64,000 bases of DNA, taken from an uncultured Acidobacteriota bacterium. Lineage in GTDB: Bacteria > Acidobacteriota > Vicinamibacteria > Vicinamibacterales > Fen-181. The notes below the pieces were generated by a model. The model saw only the letters and a list, made by a program, of their open reading frames with translations, had not been told where the DNA came from and did no database searches. The translations under genes and the position numbers were made by a program. Positions 58,454-64,000 of the stretch are shown in pieces (position 1 is the first letter of the stretch; each line of letters opens with the position of its first letter). Location: assembly GCA_963717945.1 (NCBI GenBank), contig CAVQXT010000003.1, forward strand, positions 1,342,622-1,406,621. Reading direction: 5' to 3'.

Positions 58454-59518
58454 ATGAACACACAACTCACCGAACTGTTGGGCGACCGGGCGGCGTTCCT
58501 CCTCGACCACCGGTGCACGACCGTGTCGAAGGACCTGCTGCACCTGCCTGGCCCGGACTTCGTGGACCGGGTCGTGGCGCTCTCCGACCGGAACAACCGG
58601 GTGCTCGGCAACCTCCAGCGCCTGTTCTCGCACGGGCGGCTGGCCGGCACCGGCTACATGTCGATCCTGCCGGTGGACCAGGGGATCGAGCACTCCGGCG
58701 GCGCGAGCTTCGCGAAGAACCCGGTCTACTTCGACGGCGGGAACATCGTGAAGCTGGCGATCGAAGGCGGGTGCAACGCCGTCGCCTCCACGTTCGGGGT
58801 GCTCGGCAGCGTGTCGCGCCGCTACGCGCACAAGATCCCGTTCATCGTGAAGATCAACCACAACGAGCTGCTGACCTACCCGAACAAGTTCGACCAGATC
58901 ATGTTCGGCGAGGTGCAGCAGGCGGCCGAGATGGGCGCGGCGGCGGTGGGCGCGACGATCTACTTCGGGTCCGAGGAGAGCGGCCGGCAGATCGTCGAGG
59001 TCGCCCAGGCCTTCGCGATGGCGCACGAGATGGGGCTGGCGACGGTGCTCTGGTGCTACCTGCGCAACTCGGCGTTCAAGAAGGACAAGGACTACAGCGT
59101 GAGCGCGGACCTCACGGGCCAGGCCAACCACCTGGGCGTGACGATCCAGGCCGACATCATCAAGCAGAAGGCGCCCGAGAACAACGGCGGCTACAAGGCG
59201 CTCAACACGGGCGGGGTGAGCTACGGCAAGTACGACGAGCGGATCTACACGCAGCTGACCACCGACCACCCGATCGACCTGGCGCGTTACCAGGTCGTCA
59301 ACTGCTACATGGGCCGCGCGGGGCTCATCAACTCCGGCGGCGCGTCGGGCAAGAACGACTTCGGCGACGCGGCCTTCACCGCCGTCGTCAACAAGCGCGC
59401 CGGCGGCATGGGCCTCATCTCGGGCCGCAAGGCGTTCCAGCGCCCGATGGCGGACGGTGTGAAGCTGCTGAACATCATCCAGGACGTGTACCTGGATCCG
59501 TCGATCTCGGTGGCGTAG
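58454..59518 (+). CDS. fbaB: Class I fructose-bisphosphate aldolase (FbaB/DhnA type)
   Basis: The sequences [23 protein letters not shown] (Schiff-base Lys region), GATIYFGS and [13 protein letters not shown] are present. Confidence 0.85.
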   Translation: MNTQLTELLGDRAAFLLDHRCTTVSKDLLHLPGPDFVDRVVALSDRNNRVLGNLQRLFSHGRLAGTGYMSILPVDQGIEHSGGASFAKNPVYFDGGNIVKLAIEGGCNAVASTFGVLGSVSRRYAHKIPFIVKINHNELLTYPNKFDQIMFGEVQQAAEMGAAAVGATIYFGSEESGRQIVEVAQAFAMAHEMGLATVLWCYLRNSAFKKDKDYSVSADLTGQANHLGVTIQADIIKQKAPENNGGYKALNTGGVSYGKYDERIYTQLTTDHPIDLARYQVVNCYMGRAGLINSGGASGKNDFGDAAFTAVVNKRAGGMGLISGRKAFQRPMADGVKLLNIIQDVYLDPSISVA

Positions 59519-59520
59519 GC

Positions 59521-59540
59521 GGCGGGTCTGAAGGCCCGCC
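59521..59540. terminator. REP family A-like hairpin just after the fbaB stop (possible terminator)
   Basis: GGCGGGTC-TGAA-GGCCCGCC has one mismatch and is followed by CTAC. Confidence 0.35.
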
Positions 59541-59578
59541 CTACACGTGGTCCTGTTGTAGGCCGGCCCGAAGCCCAT

Positions 59579-62008
59579 ATGAAGCATCCTCAGATGGGGG
59601 AGGGCCTCCACCGGCTTCTCTCCCGGCTGCGCGGCCTGCCGATCGAATACGACCTCGGCGCCTACCGGCGCGCGCTCGGCCGGGTCGAGGCGATTGGCGT
59701 CGCCGGGATGCCGGACTCCACCATCGCGGAAGAAGCCCGGCGGCTGCGCCGGCGGGCGCAGGATGGCGAGCCGCTCGACGACCTGCTGCCCGCCGCCTTC
59801 GCGCTCGCGCGCGAGGCGTGCGAGCGGCGTCTCGGCCTCCGGCCGTTCGACGTGCAGGTGATGGCGGCGGCCGCCCTTCACGAGGGCCGGCTGGCGCAGA
59901 TGGCCACCGGCGAAGGCAAGACGCTGGTGGCCGTGCTCCCCGCCGCGCTCAACGCGCTGACCGGGCGGGGGGTGCACGTGTTGACGGCGAACGACTACCT
60001 GGCGCGCCGCGACGCCGCGTGGATGGGCCCCGTCTACGGGCAGCTCGGCCTGTCGGCCGCGGCGATTTCGCAGGGGATGGGCCGCGACGAGCGGCGCGCC
60101 GCCTACGCCGCCGACGTCACCTACGTGACGGCCAAGGAGGCCGGGTTCGACTTCCTCCGGGACCAGACGATGACCGACCCGGCCGACGTGGTGCAGCGGC
60201 CGTTCCAGTACGTCATCGTGGACGAAGCCGACTTCATCCTGATCGACGAAGCCAGGGTGCCCCTGGTCATTGCCGGCGCGGCGCCGTCACCACCCTTGCC
60301 CCACGAGGTCCTGGCAGCGGCCGTCCGGCAGCTCCGGGCCGGAGCCGACTTCCTCGTCGACGAGAACGCGCGAAACGTCGCCCTGACCGACGCCGGCTTC
60401 CGGCGCGCGCAGCAACTGCTGGGCTCGAAGCCGCTCCACCTGCCCGACCAGCAGACGCTGCTCGCGGGCATCCACGTGGCCCTCCACGCCCTGGTGCTCC
60501 TGCACCGGGACCGCGACTACATCGTCCGCCGGGGCCGGATCGAACTGGTGGACGAGTTCACCGGCCGCGTGGCCGACAACCGGCGATGGCCTCACGGCAT
60601 CCAGCCGGCGATCGAGGCGAAGGAAGGGCTGGAGGTGCAGCCGGAAGGAAAGGTCCTCGGGTCGATTCCCGTCCAGCACTTCGTGCGGCTCTGGCCGAAG
60701 ATCTCGGGCATGACGGCGACGGCCGAGCCGTCGGCCGTCGAACTGCAGGAGTTCTACGGGCTGACGACCGTGGTGTTCCCGACCCACCGGCCCTGCATCC
60801 GCGTGGACGAGCCCGACGTGGTCTTCACGCACCGCGCGGCGAAGACGGCCGCGCTCATCGAGGAGATCGCCCGGGTGCAGCGCGCGGGACGCCCCGTCCT
60901 GGTCGGGACGTCGAGCGTGGCCGAGTCCGAGGGACTGGCGGCGGCGCTCCGGGAGCGCCGCGTGAAGTGCCGGGTGCTCAACGCGCGGCACGACGCGCGC
61001 GAGGCCCTGATCGTGTCGCGTGCTGGCATCCCGGGCGCCGTGACGATCTCGACGAACATGGCCGGCCGGGGCACCGACATCGTGCTGGGCGGGGGCGACC
61101 CGGCGGCGCGCGAACGAGTGTCGGCGCTCGGCGGGCTGTACGTGATTGGCACGAACCGCCACGAAAGCCGGCGCGTCGACGACCAGCTGCGCGGCCGCGC
61201 GGGCCGGCAGGGCGACCCCGGGAGCTCGCGGTTCTTCGTGAGCCTCGAAGACGATCTCGTCACCCGCTACGGCGTGCTGGACCTGGTGCCCGCCGGTCAT
61301 CGGCCGTCGAGGCAGGAAGGCCCGGTCCAGGATCCGGCCGTCAGGCAGGCGCTCAACCGCGCCCAGCGGGTCATCGAAGGCGCGAACTTCGACATCCGGC
61401 GGACGCTGTGGCGGTACTCGTCGATGGTCGAGCAGCAGCGGCAGATGTTGTGCGAGCAGCGCGACGCCCTGTTGAAAGACGACGAGCCGACGTCGATCTG
61501 CGCCGAGGACGCGCCCGAGCACCACGCGGCGCTCGTTCGCGGGGTCGGCGCCGAGCACCTTCGCCAGACCGAGAGGCGCCTGGCGCTAATCCTGCTCGAC
61601 CGGCGGTGGAGCGACCACCTCGCGCTCATCGACGACATCCGCGAGGGGATCCACCTTCAGCGTTACGGGGGTCGCCTGCCGCTCACCGAGTTCCAGCGCC
61701 AGATCATCGACGCTTACGCGGCAATGATGGAGGGGCTGCGCGACGAGCTGGCGGCCACCTTTCTCCTCCTGCGGGCCGAGGACGGCCGCATCGACCTCGA
61801 CCGGGCCGGCATTCGCGGCCCGACCTCCACCTGGACTTACCTGGTCAACGACAACCCGCTGCCGTCGTTCACCCTCCAGCTGATCGCCAGCGGTAACGCC
61901 GCAGTCGCGTTCGCAACGGCCGCGCTGGCGGTGGCGTACCTCCCGTTGACCGCCGTCGCGCTGGCGACGATGTTCGTCCGGCGTCACCTGGCGCGGTTGC
62001 GCCGCTGA
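59579..62008 (+). CDS. SecA-family ATPase paralogue (SecA2-like: reduced PPXD/HWD, no zinc-finger tail) with a hydrophobic C-terminal anchor
   Basis: The Walker A motif is MATGEGKTLVAVLPA and the DEAD-like motif is VDEADFILIDEARVPLVIAG. The sequences TNMAGRGTDI and RGRAGRQGDPGSSRFFVSLEDDL are present. The last 45 aa are LQLIASGNAAVAFATAALAVAYLPLTAVALATMFVRRHLARLRR. Confidence 0.85.
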   Translation: MKHPQMGEGLHRLLSRLRGLPIEYDLGAYRRALGRVEAIGVAGMPDSTIAEEARRLRRRAQDGEPLDDLLPAAFALAREACERRLGLRPFDVQVMAAAALHEGRLAQMATGEGKTLVAVLPAALNALTGRGVHVLTANDYLARRDAAWMGPVYGQLGLSAAAISQGMGRDERRAAYAADVTYVTAKEAGFDFLRDQTMTDPADVVQRPFQYVIVDEADFILIDEARVPLVIAGAAPSPPLPHEVLAAAVRQLRAGADFLVDENARNVALTDAGFRRAQQLLGSKPLHLPDQQTLLAGIHVALHALVLLHRDRDYIVRRGRIELVDEFTGRVADNRRWPHGIQPAIEAKEGLEVQPEGKVLGSIPVQHFVRLWPKISGMTATAEPSAVELQEFYGLTTVVFPTHRPCIRVDEPDVVFTHRAAKTAALIEEIARVQRAGRPVLVGTSSVAESEGLAAALRERRVKCRVLNARHDAREALIVSRAGIPGAVTISTNMAGRGTDIVLGGGDPAARERVSALGGLYVIGTNRHESRRVDDQLRGRAGRQGDPGSSRFFVSLEDDLVTRYGVLDLVPAGHRPSRQEGPVQDPAVRQALNRAQRVIEGANFDIRRTLWRYSSMVEQQRQMLCEQRDALLKDDEPTSICAEDAPEHHAALVRGVGAEHLRQTERRLALILLDRRWSDHLALIDDIREGIHLQRYGGRLPLTEFQRQIIDAYAAMMEGLRDELAATFLLLRAEDGRIDLDRAGIRGPTSTWTYLVNDNPLPSFTLQLIASGNAAVAFATAALAVAYLPLTAVALATMFVRRHLARLRR

Positions 62009-62035
62009 CAGATCTCCCGGACGTCAGCAGTCGGA

Positions 62036-62053
62036 GCAGGGCTCCAGCCCTGC
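62036..62053. terminator. GC hairpin after the SecA-like gene (GCAGGGC-TCCA-GCCCTGC)
   Basis: It has a perfect 7-bp stem and lies 28 nt after the stop. It is REP A-like. Confidence 0.35.
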
Positions 62054-62158
62054 TGTCCCAGCCATGAAATTGTCACGGTTTTGCCACGGCTCGGTCACGA
62101 CGCTAGTAGTCCTATTTGCAGGGTGAGCGAGAAATGCTCCGAACTGACGAGGTGAGAT

Positions 62159-62572
62159 ATGCGTAGATTCCAGCTTGCAGCGGTCGTGGCGTTCGGTGCG
62201 GTTCTATTTGCCGGTGCCCAACTGGCTCGCGCGCAGAGCCTGGATGCGGTACAGACCACCGTGGCGTTCCCCTTCATGGTGGGGAGGGTGTTGCTGCCCG
62301 CCGGCACTTACGAGGTCGTCCCGAACGACATGGAGCCCGGCGTCCTCGAGCTCAGAAGTGTTCGCGGGGGGATGTCGGCCTTCGCGACGGTGATGGCCGC
62401 CGACACGACCTCGCGCAGGGGCGACCTGCAGTTCCAGTTCGTGAACGTCGGTGGCCGCTACTACCTGACCAAGATCGATGACGGCACCGGCGACGTGACC
62501 GACGTGTCGGTGCCGGAGCCCGTGCTGCGCGCCATCCACGAGGTGGAAGCCGCATCGAAGATCCAGAAGTAG
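62159..62572 (+). CDS. Small secreted protein, unknown function
   Basis: The 137-aa ORF has signal peptide MRRFQLAAVVAFGAVLFAGAQLARA. A low-GC upstream region with GAGGTGAG precedes the ATG. Confidence 0.55.
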   Translation: MRRFQLAAVVAFGAVLFAGAQLARAQSLDAVQTTVAFPFMVGRVLLPAGTYEVVPNDMEPGVLELRSVRGGMSAFATVMAADTTSRRGDLQFQFVNVGGRYYLTKIDDGTGDVTDVSVPEPVLRAIHEVEAASKIQK

Positions 62573-62639
62573 CCCGCGGTCCCCGGCCGGGCGGGCTGGC
62601 GCGCGCGCGCCGGCCGCCCGCCGCGGCCCGGGCGGCCCG

Positions 62640-64000
62640 TCAGCGGGCCGTGCCCGACGCCGACCTGATGAACGACGACACGTCCTGCTTGAGCGCCTTG
62701 TGGGCCGAGGGCCGGATGTACATCATGTGGCCCCCCTCGTAGTACCCGAACGACACGCGGTCGGTGATCTGGCGCTCGTAGGCCAGGTGGGAGAAGTTGA
62801 ACTCCGCGCCGCCGACGTAGGTGGCCATGTCGTAGTAGCCGCACACCACGAACACCTTCAGGAACGGGTTCTTCGCCATCGACTGCCGCAGCGCGTCGGT
62901 CTTGTCCATGTAGCCGTTCTGCACGTAGGTCCACGGCCGGACGTTCCCTGACGAGGGGTAGTGCAGGTCGGACTCCCACTTGAGATCGGTCTTCACGTAG
63001 TCCTCGAACATCGCCGTGTAGGCGCCCTGGAGCGCCGTGTTCGACGGGTCGAACTCCTGCCGCTCGCCGGCGGCATCCGCGTCAACGGCCGTGTAGCGGC
63101 CGTCGAGGCGCCCGACCACCAGACGCCGGTCCCGCAGCAGCTCCTTGCGGAAGCGGCCCGAGTCGACGCGCAGGTTGGCGTTCGAAATGAACGTCGGCGA
63201 GAGGCCCGAGTAGCGCGCGACCTTGTCCGCCATCGCCCGCCGCTCGGCGTCGGTCAGCGCGTTGCCGCGCGTCAGCGCCGCCATGTACTCCCCGAACGCA
63301 AACGCCCGCGCCTCGGCCACCACCTGCTTGAGCGGCTTCTGCTGCAGGTCCGCCGGCAGCTTCTTGTGATACCAGGCCGTGGCGGCGAACGTCTCGATCT
63401 GCACCGCATAAGCGATGTCGTTGTCGGGCGCCGGGGAGAGCGTCTGGTAGGTGAGGAGCGAGGACACCAGGACGATGCCGTTGAGCTCGATCCCGTGGCG
63501 CGACTGCAACTCCTGCGAGAGGCCGGCCGACCGGATCGTCCCGTAGCTCTCGCCGATGAGGAACTTCGGCGACGGCCACCGGTTGCACGCGCTCAGGTAC
63601 CCCGAGATGAACTCGCCGAACGCCCGGAGATCCCCCTCCTGGTCGTGGAACTGCTGGTTGTTCACCCCGGCGACCACGCGGCTGTATCCGGTGTCGATGG
63701 CGTCGACGAAGACGAGATCGGTCACGTCGAGCAGCGTGTCCTCGTTGTCCACCAGCTGGTAGGGCGGCGCCGGCTGGAACCCGTCTTCCCCCATCTGGAC
63801 GTGGCGCGGCGCGAACGACCCCATGTGCAGCCAGACCGAGGCCGACCCGGGCCCGCCGTTGTAGAGGAACGCGATCGGGCGCGTCCTTCGATCCTCGCCA
63901 TCCTTGGTGTAGGCGACGTAGAACATCTGCGCCGCCACCTTCCCGTCGTCGAGGCGGATGGGGAGCGTGCCGGCCGTGGCCGTGTACTTGATGTCCCGGC
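62640..64000 (-). CDS. S10-family serine carboxypeptidase (N-terminus lies beyond the right edge)
   Basis: The sequences FLYNGGPGSASVWLHMG and the catalytic FLIGESYG are present. The frame stays open to the window edge (…DIKYTATAGTLPIRLDDGKVAAQMFYVAY). Confidence 0.82.
   Translation of the reverse strand, partial: RDIKYTATAGTLPIRLDDGKVAAQMFYVAYTKDGEDRRTRPIAFLYNGGPGSASVWLHMGSFAPRHVQMGEDGFQPAPPYQLVDNEDTLLDVTDLVFVDAIDTGYSRVVAGVNNQQFHDQEGDLRAFGEFISGYLSACNRWPSPKFLIGESYGTIRSAGLSQELQSRHGIELNGIVLVSSLLTYQTLSPAPDNDIAYAVQIETFAATAWYHKKLPADLQQKPLKQVVAEARAFAFGEYMAALTRGNALTDAERRAMADKVARYSGLSPTFISNANLRVDSGRFRKELLRDRRLVVGRLDGRYTAVDADAAGERQEFDPSNTALQGAYTAMFEDYVKTDLKWESDLHYPSSGNVRPWTYVQNGYMDKTDALRQSMAKNPFLKVFVVCGYYDMATYVGGAEFNFSHLAYERQITDRVSFGYYEGGHMMYIRPSAHKALKQDVSSFIRSASGTAR

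Noticed and set aside
55164-61896. I considered the long antisense or alternative-frame ORFs 55164-58214(-), 58214-59977(-), 56636-58333(+) and 58339-61896(+).
   Set aside because: All are shadows of the S9 peptidase, fbaB and SecA-like genes, with a biased Arg/Pro/Gly/Asp composition and no catalytic motifs.
41506-63938. I considered whether the clustering of secreted peptidases (M48, M28, S9, S10, plus PepT upstream) forms a dedicated proteolytic system.
   Set aside because: The genes lie on different strands, are separated by unrelated genes and have independent promoters. This is consistent with the generally peptidase-rich secretome of soil Acidobacteriota rather than an operonic system.

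Overview
The window is a GC-rich chromosomal segment, roughly two-thirds to 70% G+C by eye (not computed). It looks like Acidobacteriota: it has an ADOP/MacB-type permease N-terminus, a TIGR03436-style VWFA-related acidobacterial domain protein, a CarboxypepD_reg-type TonB-like barrel and many secreted peptidases. I support about 46 protein-coding genes, most of them housekeeping or secretome genes. These include an SSS symporter, pepT, a galM (frameshifted) plus glycosidase pair, and a ChaN-PDZ plus HD pair. They also include rmuC, rsgA, a leuA(short)-leuB-leuC-leuD operon with a divergent LysR regulator, truA, an rluB-like gene and cysK-cysE. The rest include proline dehydrogenase, an OCD/aminotransferase pair, DedA, TolB-like, fbaB and M48, M28, S9 and S10 peptidases. 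I found no rRNA, tRNA, CRISPR-cas, transposase or integrase. Three coding features stand out. (1) A 1102-aa natural fusion joins a SEDS (RodA/FtsW) polymerase to a class-B PBP whose SxxK, SxN and KTG motifs are all substituted. (2) An orphan glycyl-radical enzyme has an intact RVAGYS glycine loop but a GCVA thiyl loop (no general-base Glu) and no activase in the window. (3) A SecA2-like ATPase has a reduced PPXD/HWD and a hydrophobic C-terminal tail anchor. The non-coding space is unusually structured. Heptanucleotide tandem arrays occur at many intergenic loci and are often arranged as inverted arms. A 290-bp dyad of 19-20-bp tandem repeats runs from the pepT stop to the next start codon. A low-GC palindromic MITE-like element is present twice. 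Several REP/BIME-like hairpin families are present, including a 63-bp tandem triplet. All functional calls come from motif recognition by eye; no database search was run.
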